A DNA stretch of 49,470 nucleotides, taken from Candidatus Coprocola pullicola. GTDB taxonomy: Bacteria; Bacillota; Clostridia; Lachnospirales; Anaerotignaceae. The stretch covers positions 1 through 49,470 of the forward strand of contig DVLQ01000104.1 in the NCBI GenBank assembly GCA_018715395.1, read 5' to 3'. The notes beneath the pieces are model-generated. The model ran no database searches and had not been told where the DNA came from. It saw only the letters and a program-made list of their open reading frames with translations. Below, in pieces: positions 20,674 through 30,322 of the stretch. Numbering within the stretch: position 1 is the first letter of the stretch; each line of letters opens with the position of its first letter. The position numbers and the translations under genes were made by a program.

Positions 20674-21320
20674 ATAAAACGGATTTATTTTTGTGATAAA
20701 AAAAGCTTGACAAATAAAGAATTTTTAAAATACAATTTATTAAAAAATGATTTATGAAACAAAAAGAGGGAGTTTTCAGTTTTTTTATCATTTTCATAAA
20801 TAGGATGAAAGCAATCTTTTTATACAAAAAGCTGTGAAAGTACCCACCTAAGACTTTTTTGAAAGAATAAAGAGGGGAATTTTTCCCTCTTTTTCATTAT
20901 TGTATCAACAAAACCACCAATTATGAGGGTATGCAATAGAAATATTTCATTTTGTTGTACTAAAGGTTACTAACGATAAAAATACAAAAGAAAGTAAGAT
21001 ATTGCAAGTCAAAATTTATGTAAACTATGCACATATGGTCAGGGTATTATATATATGCCCATAATGAGAAAGAAACAATGGGAAAATATCTTAAAAATGC
21101 ATTACAGTAATATATGGTGTATGAATCAGTTTGTAAAAAGAAGTATAACTTTTTGCTGGCAATAGGATAAGACAAAAAAATGTAATTTGAAAACCATTGC
21201 CAGAGTATGCAAAGTATTTTAAAATGTTCACAATTTAGCTCTATACAGCTGAGCAAACAATTTGCAAAATAGTAGTTTTGATATCAATGACAGAAGAAAG
21301 AGCAAAAGGAGGAATTGTTT

Positions 21321-22019
21321 GTGGAAGAAAAACAAAAAATCATGATTGTAGATGATGACCAACATATTGCCGAACTGATTTCATTATATTTATCCAAAGA
21401 AGGCTATGAAACTATGGAAATTTATGATGGCAGAGAGGCTGTGGAAAAAGTAGGTTCTTTTCAACCAAATATGATGATATTGGATTTGATGCTTCCAGGC
21501 ATGGACGGTTATAAGGTTTGTACAGAAATCCGTAAAATCAGTGATATTCCTGTCATTATGCTCACAGCAAAGGGAGAAACATTTGATAAAGTGCTGGGGT
21601 TGGAACTGGGAGCAGACGACTATATAGTAAAACCTTTTGATTCTAAGGAATTGGTGGCTCGTGTGAAAGCAGTTTTAAGAAGATACGAGCAAAAACCGGC
21701 GAAAAAAGAAGAAAAAAATAAAAAACTTGTTTTTTCCAATTTGGAAATCAATATTTCAAATTATACAGTGCAATATAACGGAGAATACGTTGACTTTCCT
21801 CCAAAAGAGTTTGAACTACTTCATTATTTAGCAGAGCATCCCAATCAAGTTTTTACAAGAGAGCAGCTTTTGGACAGAATTTGGGGATATGAGTATATTG
21901 GCGATACCCGTACAGTTGACGTACATATCAAAAGAATTCGAGAAAAGTTAAATAAACAAGAAGAAAATTGGAGTATCAAAACAGTATGGGGCGTAGGGTA
22001 TAAATTTGAAGTAAAATAA
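21321..22019 (+). CDS. OmpR/PhoB-family response regulator
   Basis: IVDDD, LDLMLP, GADDYIVKPF, RTVDVHIKRIR, TVWGVGYKF. Confidence 0.97.
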   Translation: MEEKQKIMIVDDDQHIAELISLYLSKEGYETMEIYDGREAVEKVGSFQPNMMILDLMLPGMDGYKVCTEIRKISDIPVIMLTAKGETFDKVLGLELGADDYIVKPFDSKELVARVKAVLRRYEQKPAKKEEKNKKLVFSNLEINISNYTVQYNGEYVDFPPKEFELLHYLAEHPNQVFTREQLLDRIWGYEYIGDTRTVDVHIKRIREKLNKQEENWSIKTVWGVGYKFEVK

Positions 22020-22023
22020 AAAA

Positions 22024-22051
22024 ATGTGTAAAAAAATAATTTTTACACATA
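22024..22051. terminator. Hairpin between convergent genes, probably a bidirectional terminator
   Basis: atgtgtaaaaa-aataa-tttttacacat. Confidence 0.6.
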
Positions 22052-22058
22052 AAAAAAT

Positions 22059-22298
22059 TTATTTTTCTTCTTCTTGTTTTTCTTGGGATTGCTTTTGCTG
22101 TAAAAGAAGTTCTTTCTTTTTTTGTTTTAACATGTTGGCAATACGAAGCAGCACGCACATAGCATAAAGCATTAAAAGCAGCTGGTCAAAGGCTTCAATA
22201 TTTGACCAGTCTTTGATAGTAAAAATAAGATAAACAGCAACGCCAACCAATATTAAGTCTACCAGATGATTTGTACTTTTTTGTTTTATATTTTTCAT
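22059..22298 (-). CDS. Small two-TM membrane protein
   Basis: Two hydrophobic helices and a charged tail; RBS poorly spaced, so the start is uncertain. Confidence 0.65.
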   Translation of the reverse strand: MKNIKQKSTNHLVDLILVGVAVYLIFTIKDWSNIEAFDQLLLMLYAMCVLLRIANMLKQKKKELLLQQKQSQEKQEEEK

Positions 22299-22429
22299 AG
22301 AACGATGTAGAAACCGAAGTTTCCTTCTCCTTTCTGAAAATAGTGATACGCTTTGTTTGTGTGGGAGTAGCTATATTTAGTATACTATGTTTTTGTAGAA
22401 AATCAAATACAGTTTTGGAGGTATTGGAT

Positions 22430-23860
22430 ATGAATATAAAATCTATTTTTACAAAACAGCTTTTACTTTATATGGGGACGCTCCTTGTGAGCTTTGTATT
22501 GGTGGGGCTTACACTTTCTGTGGTATATACACAATATTATATGAATGAGGCGGAAGAAGAACTCATCAATCAAGGAAAGAAAATCTCAAAAGAATATAAA
22601 AAGGCATATTATACAGGGGATTTAAGTAATTTGAGCTATGAATTGCAGGTATTAGAAGATTATATGGCGGCAAGCATTTTTTTTATTGACAATAACGGTA
22701 TTGTTATATTAGCCTCTCCTGGTATCAATGAAAGCTGGATTGGACAAGCAATATCTAATCAGGAAATGATTGAGGGAGTGCTGGAGGGAAATATTGTAAC
22801 ACTGGAGGGCAGAATCAATGGTATGTTTGACGAGCCTGTACTGACAGTGGGTTATCCTTTGAGAGCAGGCAATATTTCTGGTCTTTTTATGTGTACTTCT
22901 ATGCCGGAAATTGAAAAGTCATTGCAAGGAATGTATGAAATGGGCTTTTTTATATTGACTGCTGTTATGAGTATTGGAATTATATTGGTATATCTTTCCA
23001 GCAGAAAAATGATAAGCCCTCTTTTGCAGATGAATGAAGCGGCAAAAATCATTGCAGGAGGAAATTTTGAACAAAGGGTGGAAATCAAAACAGAAGATGA
23101 AGTAGGGCAGTTGGCAGAAAGTTTCAACCATATGGCGGAAAGCTTAAACAAATATGAAACCGTTCGCAGAGAATTTATTGCAAATGTATCTCATGATTTA
23201 CGTTCGCCTTTAACATCAATACAAGGATTTTTGAATGCCATATTAGATGGAACCATACCAAAAGAAAAGCAAGAGCATTATCTCAATATTGTTTTGGAAG
23301 AAACAAAACGATTGACAAAATTGACAAATGATATTGTAGAATTGAGTAAAGCGCAAACCAGTACCATCACATTGGAAAAATCTCGTTTTGATATCAATGG
23401 GTTGATTCGGGAAAGCATAGAAAGACTGGAACCTCGTTTGCAGCAAAAAGATATGAAAATCAATGCTATTTTTGCAGAAAAAGAGACTTTTGTAGAAGCA
23501 GATAAAGATAAAATTGCTCGTGTGATTTATAATTTGGTAGATAATGCTATCAAATTTTCATCTCAAGAAGGAGAAATTGACATTGAAACGGCTTTAAAAC
23601 AAAATAAAAAAGTATTTATCAGTGTAACCGATTATGGAAAAGGCATTAGCCAAGAAGACCAAAAATATATTTTTGACCGATTTTATAAAGCGGATACTTC
23701 CCGTGGAAAAGATAAAACCGGAAGTGGATTGGGACTTTCCATTGCAAAAGAATTTTTACTGGCTCATGGAGAAAATATTGGCGTTAAAAGCCAAGAAGAA
23801 AAGGGAACTACATTTACATTTTCGTTGAAACTGGCAGAAAAAGAAGTGAAAAAGGGATAA
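22430..23860 (+). CDS. HAMP-domain sensor histidine kinase
   Basis: ANVSHDLRSPL H-box, NLVDNAIKF, DYGKGI, FDRFYK, GSGLGLSI. Confidence 0.97.
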   Translation: MNIKSIFTKQLLLYMGTLLVSFVLVGLTLSVVYTQYYMNEAEEELINQGKKISKEYKKAYYTGDLSNLSYELQVLEDYMAASIFFIDNNGIVILASPGINESWIGQAISNQEMIEGVLEGNIVTLEGRINGMFDEPVLTVGYPLRAGNISGLFMCTSMPEIEKSLQGMYEMGFFILTAVMSIGIILVYLSSRKMISPLLQMNEAAKIIAGGNFEQRVEIKTEDEVGQLAESFNHMAESLNKYETVRREFIANVSHDLRSPLTSIQGFLNAILDGTIPKEKQEHYLNIVLEETKRLTKLTNDIVELSKAQTSTITLEKSRFDINGLIRESIERLEPRLQQKDMKINAIFAEKETFVEADKDKIARVIYNLVDNAIKFSSQEGEIDIETALKQNKKVFISVTDYGKGISQEDQKYIFDRFYKADTSRGKDKTGSGLGLSIAKEFLLAHGENIGVKSQEEKGTTFTFSLKLAEKEVKKG

Positions 23861-23941
23861 TGATAAATAATATTTTGGCATGAACAGATGAAAAACAGAA
23901 AGATATACAAAACTTGTGATGATATTTTATTTTATATTGAC

Positions 23942-23985
23942 ATTGACAAAAAAGTCAATCTTTTGTATTATATGACATATGTCAT
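23942..23985 (+). promoter_or_regulatory. Sigma-A promoter overlapped by two palindromes (candidate repressor operators)
   Basis: TTGACA(23943)-17 nt-TATTAT; ATTGAC-A6-GTCAAT at 23942-23959; ATGACATATGTCAT at 23972-23985. Confidence 0.6.
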
Positions 23986-24045
23986 TACGGAGTCCAAAAA
24001 GTGTTTTCTGAATTGTTCATAAAAAAAGAGATTGAATGAAAAATT

Positions 24046-24647
24046 ATGTGTATTGAAAAACAAATCAAAATGTATTTATCAGTTTTTTTATTAAGTTTTT
24101 TCTGTGTTTCTAACATGTTATATGCTGAAGAACAATATTTAGGAAATGATACGACGACTGTAAAAAATCAATAGATATAGAAATAGGTGAAGTAACACAA
24201 TATCAATTAAAAGAAGGAAGCTCAGAAATAAAAAGAGATGTTTCTGGAAAAGAGAGAGTAACAACCACTTTTGATATTGGTAATCCGTCTGAGGTTATGC
24301 CACTTACAGATTCTTCCACAAGTGATATTTTTAGTGGTTGGGAAGCAACAGTAACAATTACTGATACAATTGATGAAACATATGCTTATTTGGAAGAAGT
24401 TTTTGCTAGATGGGAACAAATAAGTGGTTCAACGTCTCGAGGAGAATCTTCTTTAAGCTATGGACAGGATTTGGGAACAAATTCTGCAAATGGATATGAG
24501 GATATGACAGATTTGAATGGAATAGAACTTTCTACAGGGTTCAAACCCGGAAAATATGGTTATCATTCGGGACATAAAGTAGGGGCGAATATGAATGCAA
24601 AAATTGGTGGCAAAAGAGTAGAGGTAATTTGTAACGTCAATTTATAA
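24046..24647 (+). pseudogene. Secreted protein (about 200 aa) interrupted by a frameshift in an A6 run
   Basis: Signal-peptide-like MCIEKQIKMYLSVFLLSFFCVSNMLYA-EE stops at 24174; one extra A at 24162-24167 fuses it to the open frame ending at 24647. Confidence 0.7.
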
Positions 24648-24675
24648 TATGATTTTAGAAAAAGGAAAGTTATAG

Positions 24676-24927
24676 ATGAAAAAATTGTTGTATCAAACAA
24701 ATTCATTGGAAAAATGGCTTACAGTGAAAAAGAAGTTGCAAGATAATGGTATAGAATATTTTGAAAAAAGAAAAAGCAATGGAAAAACAGGGCTTTTTTT
24801 ACTACAGCTTTTTACCTCTTCTATGGCAACTTATGGTCTGAATGGAGAGCATGAGAGTGACTATATCATCTATGTGAAAGAAGAAGACTTTGAACGGGCA
24901 AAAGAGAGTATTATGAAAGAAATTTAA
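24676..24927 (+). CDS. Small hypothetical protein, DUF2007-like putative signal-transducing fold
   Basis: KKKLQDNGIEY and YIIYVKEEDFERAK patterns. Confidence 0.7.
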   Translation: MKKLLYQTNSLEKWLTVKKKLQDNGIEYFEKRKSNGKTGLFLLQLFTSSMATYGLNGEHESDYIIYVKEEDFERAKESIMKEI

Positions 24928-24935
24928 ATAGAAAG

Positions 24936-24969
24936 ACAGGTATGAAATAGATTTCATACCTGTTTTTTT
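24936..24969 (+). terminator. Rho-independent terminator
   Basis: acaggtatgaaat-ag-atttcatacctgt followed by a T-run. Confidence 0.8.
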
Positions 24970-25430
24970 GTATACAAAATAGGTATGCAATAGAGTGTAG
25001 AAACAGATAATACCTAAAAAATTTCATTGGGAAGGTAAAATAAAGAAAGAGGCAAAGAAGAAAGAAATGTATTACATTTTAAAGGGATAGGAAGGTTATA
25101 CTTACAACAAAGTGTTACAAATATATGAAAAATAAAAAGCGGAAATTGTAAAAACCAAAAGGGAAATTTGAAAAAGAAAAGTTGTAAAGAGCGTAGAAGA
25201 GGAATGCTGTTGAAATCAGATTCATCTGTCAGTAAGTCAGTATCATATTGGAAAATAGAAAGAATTTGATAAAATTTCTCAAAATAGAAAGACAGTGGCA
25301 TTGCTTGAAATATATTTGAAATACAAGCACAGAAGGGAGTATTTTACAGAAAGGGGATTTTTGATATGGAAAATAGTTTGGCTAGGAACGAGAGAAACAG
25401 AAAACGGCAATCAAATAAGACAGAAAAAAC
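24970..25430 (+). mobile_element. Possible very decayed IS200-type remnant
   Basis: Begins TTTT|GTATA after a terminator; 25193-25237 reads VEEECC*NQIHLSVS and 25316-25333 reads LKYKHR, in the order expected for TnpA. Confidence 0.3.
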
Positions 25431-25554
25431 ATAAAAAAAGAATTTATAAAATATAGGCTGATAGTATAAAAAATACCTTCTGAAAGGACCCCCCTTTTTT
25501 TCTTTCAGAAGGCAATACAGCTTGCATCAATTATTTGTTTTACGGATGGCTTGA

Positions 25555-25992
25555 TTATGAAATCGTATTTTCAGTTGTATTTTTGGCATAATATTCTGTA
25601 ACTAAATCTGCCAATGTGGTCGTATCCACAACTTCGTCTACTGCCGTTTTCATTCTTTGCCAAAGAGAAAGAGAAGCACAAACATCAGCTCTTTTGCAGG
25701 GACCATGCTCTAAACAATCTACCGGTGAAAGAGAACCTTCTAAAATACGAAGTATAGAGCCTACAGTGATTTCTGAAGGGTCTTTGATAAGAGAGTAGCC
25801 CCCCTGTGCGCCTCGAAAGCTTTTTACCAACCCGGCTTTTGTAAGAGGATTGATAATTTGCTCTAGGTATTTTTCTGAAATTTCTTGTTGTTGTGCAATT
25901 ATTTTCAATGGTGTATGACTTGTCTTTTCGTATTGTAATGCCAAAGAAAGCATCAAACGAATACCATAACGCCCTTTTGTTGATATTTTCAT
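25555..25992 (-). CDS. Rrf2-family transcriptional regulator (IscR/CymR-like)
   Basis: MKISTKGRYG, ISEKYLEQI, SFRGAQGGY; three Cys in CLEHGPCKRADVC. Confidence 0.95.
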   Translation of the reverse strand: MKISTKGRYGIRLMLSLALQYEKTSHTPLKIIAQQQEISEKYLEQIINPLTKAGLVKSFRGAQGGYSLIKDPSEITVGSILRILEGSLSPVDCLEHGPCKRADVCASLSLWQRMKTAVDEVVDTTTLADLVTEYYAKNTTENTIS

Positions 25993-26103
25993 AAAATCCC
26001 ACCATTTCTATTGTTATTGTATGGCTTGACTATTTTTTATAGTGTAACATATCTTTTTTGGTTTCGCAATAAAAATCCTACTGAAAATGTGGGTATTGTG
26101 TTT

Positions 26104-26580
26104 TTATATTTCCTCCTGCCAGCCTTTGCAAACGTCAATCCATTTTTCACATCTGCCATATTCAAAAAGTTCATCACAAGTGACTTCGATTGCCGAATTA
26201 CTGCTTCCGGCAGCAGGAAATACTGTTTCAAAACGTTTTAAAGAAATATCGGCATAGGTTTTGACTGTTTCCGGCAGGGCAAAAGGGCAAACGCCTCCTA
26301 CAGCATGACCTGTCAAAGCAAGGGTTTGTTCTGGAGAAAGCATTTTTGCTTTTATGGAAAATTCATCTTTAAATTTTTTGTTATCAATTTTAGCATCGCC
26401 GGCAGTAGCAATCAAGATACAACCCTCCTCAAACTGAAATGCCAATGTTTTTGTAATACGAGCCGGAATCACTCCGGCGGCTTGAGCAGCCAACTCCACT
26501 GTTGCAGAAGAAGTTTCAAATTCTAAAACATCTTCTCTGCCAAATTTTTTTAAATAGTCTTTTACTTTTTCAATAGACAT
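26104..26580 (-). CDS. YbaK/EbsC-family aminoacyl-tRNA editing domain protein
   Basis: SSATVELAA, ITKTL, TGHAVGGVCPF, AAGS. Confidence 0.93.
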   Translation of the reverse strand: MSIEKVKDYLKKFGREDVLEFETSSATVELAAQAAGVIPARITKTLAFQFEEGCILIATAGDAKIDNKKFKDEFSIKAKMLSPEQTLALTGHAVGGVCPFALPETVKTYADISLKRFETVFPAAGSSNSAIEVTCDELFEYGRCEKWIDVCKGWQEEI

Positions 26581-27062
26581 AACACAAAACACTCCTTTTA
26601 TAAAATATTATTCTGTTACGTAAAAATAATATGGATAACAGCCTCTTATTGAAAGTACAACAAAATGAAAACAAAACATTTTCTCTCAGAAAGAAGCTAT
26701 TACTATGCATAAATATCAATTTTTAAAGATTTTGCTACTTCCTCTTCTCATTGCTTTTATTGTTACAAGAAAGAGGATTATGGATATCGAAGATATATTT
26801 ATTGCATGTGTATTTTTATTTTCATATTAAGTGAACAAAACCTAAAATATTTTGTTATGGATCATGTTGCTTTTTTGAGAGAACATCAAATAGTAAATTG
26901 TTGATTTCTTTTTAAAAGTTGCTATTTTCTAGAAACTTAGAAATGGATAAACATTGCTTTTAGTCAATATTTATTTTTTTCAACTATCATTTTTGATTAG
27001 TAAATCAAGCATATTTGTGCTATTATGATAAATACTTTTATGTTAAAAACAGTTTTGGCTGT

Positions 27063-27926
27063 TTAAATCATATGGCAGTGTTTTTTCAATTCCTCCCAAT
27101 AGGAATAGGGGATTTGCAGATTCCCCCTTCCTATTGCCAAATGAATATCTGTTTTATTGCTTCCATGAAAATCACTTCCCCCGCTAGGAAGAAGCTCTAA
27201 GCGTTTTGCAATTTTAGAAATGGTTTGTTTTTGCTTTTGAGAATAGGTAGAATAATCTGTTTCAATGCCGTCTAGACCATAGGATTTTAATTCTTTTGCC
27301 AAATGTTCTATTTGTGTATCGTCCATATGATACAGTGTGGGGTGTGCCAATATAGCCACCCCTCCCGCTTTTTTAATGGTTTCAATGCAAAAGCGTGGCG
27401 TCAAAAATTCTCTGCAAACATAGGCGGGTTTTCCTTGGGAAAGATATTTTTCAAAGGCTTCTTGCTTTGTTTTTACAATTCCCTTTTTCACCAATACGTT
27501 GGCAAAGTGCGCTCTTGTAATAATGTTGCCGCCGGCGTTTTGTGCTATTTCAGCATAAGAAATGGTAAAACCAAGCCGGTTAAGGGCAAAAACCATTTTT
27601 TCATTACGTTTTTGGCGAGAAATAGCCATTTGTGTTAATGTTTCTGTAATAGCAGCGGAAGAAGTAGAAAATCCAAGCCCTATTATGTGTATTTCTTGTT
27701 TTTGAAAAGAAGTATATTCAGCGGCAAATTCAATGCCTGTAATAGTTTCCAGATGATGTTTTTTTCCTGCTTCATGAAAAAGACAAATTCCATCAATGGT
27801 GTCATGGTCTGTGAGAGCTAAAGCGGAAAGTCCTCTTTTTTTTGCTTCTATTACAAGGGCTTCCGGGGAAAAAGTGCCGTCGGAATAATAAGAATGACAA
27901 TGCAAATCCACCGTTTTGTATGGCAT
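27063..27926 (-). CDS. PHP-domain metal-dependent phosphoesterase (TrpH/YciV-like)
   Basis: DLHCHSYYSDG, LTDHDT, LAHP, GGSDFHG. Confidence 0.95.
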   Translation of the reverse strand: MPYKTVDLHCHSYYSDGTFSPEALVIEAKKRGLSALALTDHDTIDGICLFHEAGKKHHLETITGIEFAAEYTSFQKQEIHIIGLGFSTSSAAITETLTQMAISRQKRNEKMVFALNRLGFTISYAEIAQNAGGNIITRAHFANVLVKKGIVKTKQEAFEKYLSQGKPAYVCREFLTPRFCIETIKKAGGVAILAHPTLYHMDDTQIEHLAKELKSYGLDGIETDYSTYSQKQKQTISKIAKRLELLPSGGSDFHGSNKTDIHLAIGRGNLQIPYSYWEELKKHCHMI

Positions 27927-28008
27927 CAAAACACCTTCTTTCTCAAAAAATATAGAATGTAAAAAGTGTAGCATTTTTTGACAGCTTTTTCAAGACAATG
28001 CTTGCCTG

Positions 28009-28037
28009 TCATATTCTTTTTTTGCCAGTCATAGAAT
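28009..28037 (+). promoter_or_regulatory. Sigma-E-type sporulation promoter
   Basis: TCATATT-14 nt-CATAGAAT just upstream of the RBS of the 28057 gene. Confidence 0.6.
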
Positions 28038-28056
28038 AAAATAAAAAACAGGAGGC

Positions 28057-28503
28057 ATGGCAGTGGAAAAAAAAGAAAAAAAACAAATGGCAAAAAAGAA
28101 AGAAACAATGAAAAATAGAGAAAAAAAGGAGGCAGGCACAAATCAGGCACTTTGTATGCTGCAAGGTATGGTAATGGCATATGCACTAACTTGTATTATA
28201 TTTATTACATATGGCATCCTTTTAACTTATACAGATATGACAGAAGAAAAAATACCTCTTGTAGCGCTTTGTTGCACTGTTATATCAGCCGCCATTGCAG
28301 GATTTGACTGGGCAAAATGCGCTAAGGCAAGAGGGATTTTTTGGGGAATATTGGCAGGGATTACCTATGGTGTGATATTATTTTTACTGGACGGTGTCGC
28401 AGGAAGCGGTTTTACAGTGATAGGTTCAAAAGCATTGATGATGCTTTTGGCGGCGGCCGGCGGTGGTGTTGGCGGCATATTAGGAATCAATATGAAAAAA
28501 TAG
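28057..28503 (+). CDS. TIGR04086/YrzE-like four-TM membrane protein
   Basis: Hydrophobic profile, GGVGGILGIN C-terminus, usual position upstream of scfA. Confidence 0.85.
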   Translation: MAVEKKEKKQMAKKKETMKNREKKEAGTNQALCMLQGMVMAYALTCIIFITYGILLTYTDMTEEKIPLVALCCTVISAAIAGFDWAKCAKARGIFWGILAGITYGVILFLLDGVAGSGFTVIGSKALMMLLAAAGGGVGGILGINMKK

Positions 28504-28513
28504 CAATAATCTA

Positions 28514-28542
28514 TTTTCAAATGGAGTGTTTCATGCTATAAT
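28514..28542 (+). promoter_or_regulatory. Sigma-A extended -10 promoter for scfA
   Basis: TTTTCA-17 nt-TATAAT with TG extension. Confidence 0.55.
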
Positions 28543-28583
28543 GAATTGAATTTACAATATTTTTACTAAGGAGGGTTATACAA

Positions 28584-28724
28584 ATGAAACATATAAAAAC
28601 ATTGAATACAAAAATGTTGAAAAAAACAGTGGCAACAGGTGGCTGTGGTGAATGTCAAACATCTTGTCAGTCTGCTTGCAAAACATCTTGTACAGTAGCA
28701 AATCAATCCTGTGAACAAAGATAA
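28584..28724 (+). CDS. scfA: SCIFF six-cysteine ranthipeptide precursor (46 aa; absent from the ORF track)
   Basis: AAGGAGG RBS; MKHIKTLNTKMLKKTVATGGCGECQTSCQSACKTSCTVANQSCEQR. Confidence 0.97.
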   Translation: MKHIKTLNTKMLKKTVATGGCGECQTSCQSACKTSCTVANQSCEQR

Positions 28725-28760
28725 TTTTTTGCTTTTAAGTTGTAAGAAAAAAGGGATGCA

Positions 28761-28800
28761 AAAAGGCTGTTTTCCAAAATAGAAAATAGCCTTTCTTTTT
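28761..28800 (+). terminator. Terminator-like hairpin between scfA and scfB
   Basis: aaggctgttttc-caaaata-gaaaatagcctt followed by tcttttt. Confidence 0.65.
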
Positions 28801-28867
28801 GTGTAACGATGTAAATCAATATTGTAAATAGACAATGTGACGATAGTTGATAATAGGAGGAAGAAAT

Positions 28868-30223
28868 ATGATACATAAATTTTCTCAAAATGATGTGAAT
28901 ATTCTATTAGACGTCAATAGCGGGGCAATCCATGTGGTGGACGATGTTGTGTATGATTTGGCGGACCAATGGAAACAGGCGCCAAAAAATGCTTTGCAGC
29001 TAAAATTTCCTCAATATAGTATGGAAGAAATTGATGAAGCAATAGAAGAATTGCAAATGTTGGAAAAAGAAGGCATGCTTTATACAGAAGACGACTACCA
29101 AGAAGTATTGCCTTTGATGGACAAAAGAAATACTGTTGTAAAAGCACTCTGTCTTCATGTTGCTCACGACTGTAATTTAAAGTGTCAGTACTGTTTTGCG
29201 GAAGAAGGAGAATATCATGGAAAAAGAGAGCTAATGAGTTTGGAAGTGGGAAAAAAAGCACTGGACTTTTTGATAAAAAATTCAGGTTCTCGCAGAAATT
29301 TGGAGGTGGACTTTTTTGGAGGCGAGCCTCTTATGAATTTTGAGGTAATAAAAGAGCTGGTAGCATATGGAAGAGAACTGGAAAAACAATATGATAAAAA
29401 ATTTCGTTTTACCATTACGACAAACGGTATATTATTGGACGAACAAAAACAGGATTTTATCAACAAACATATGCATAATTTGGTACTGAGCCTGGATGGC
29501 AGAAAAGAGATTAATGACAAAATGCGCCCTCGTGTTGGCGGTCAGGGCAGCTATGATGTAATTGTTCCAAAATTTCAAAATGCGGCGCAAAGTAGAAATC
29601 AGACGGATTATTATATCAGAGGAACTTTTACAAAATACAATTTGGATTTTTCTAAAGACGTGATACATATAGCAGATTTAGGATTCAAGCAAATTTCTGT
29701 AGAGCCTGTTGTAGCAGAAAAAGAAATGCCCTATGCCATTACAGAACAAGATTTGCCTCAGATATTTTTAGAATATGAAAAACTGGCAAAAGAGCTTTAT
29801 GAAAGAAAAAAAGCAGGCAATGATTTTAACTTCTTCCATTTTAATATTGACTTAACAGGAGGTCCTTGTGTGATGAAACGTTTGGCAGGATGTGGCTCCG
29901 GTACAGAATATTTGGCAGTCACTCCCTCTGGAGAACTATATCCCTGTCATCAATTTGTAGGATTGCCAGAATTTAAAATGGGTACGGTAGAAGAAGGCGT
30001 TACAAATACAGTACAAAGAGATATTTTTTCAAAATGCAATGTTTATGCAAAAGAAGACTGTAAAAATTGCTGGGCAAAATTTTACTGTAGCGGCGGGTGT
30101 GCGGCAAATGCTTATGAACAAAACGGAGATATTTTAAAGCCTTACGAAATAGGCTGCGCTATGCAAAAGAAAAGAATTGAGTGCGCCATTATAATAAAAG
30201 CAAAAGAGTTGATAGAAGAATAA
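28868..30223 (+). CDS. scfB: SCIFF radical SAM/SPASM thioether maturase
   Basis: CNLKCQYC, FFGGEP, GCGSGTEY, YPCHQF, CKNCWAKFYCSGGC. Confidence 0.96.
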   Translation: MIHKFSQNDVNILLDVNSGAIHVVDDVVYDLADQWKQAPKNALQLKFPQYSMEEIDEAIEELQMLEKEGMLYTEDDYQEVLPLMDKRNTVVKALCLHVAHDCNLKCQYCFAEEGEYHGKRELMSLEVGKKALDFLIKNSGSRRNLEVDFFGGEPLMNFEVIKELVAYGRELEKQYDKKFRFTITTNGILLDEQKQDFINKHMHNLVLSLDGRKEINDKMRPRVGGQGSYDVIVPKFQNAAQSRNQTDYYIRGTFTKYNLDFSKDVIHIADLGFKQISVEPVVAEKEMPYAITEQDLPQIFLEYEKLAKELYERKKAGNDFNFFHFNIDLTGGPCVMKRLAGCGSGTEYLAVTPSGELYPCHQFVGLPEFKMGTVEEGVTNTVQRDIFSKCNVYAKEDCKNCWAKFYCSGGCAANAYEQNGDILKPYEIGCAMQKKRIECAIIIKAKELIEE

Positions 30224-30322
30224 ATCATTGACGGTAATATGGCAGTGGGTCTATAATTACCTTTGATTTGGAAAAAGGTTATTTTTTAGCATATCATTTT
30301 CAAGCCAAGGAGGTTTTTGTGT

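Noticed and set aside
28566-28888. Minus-strand ORFs over the SCIFF region
   Set aside because: Shadows of the real plus-strand scfA gene.
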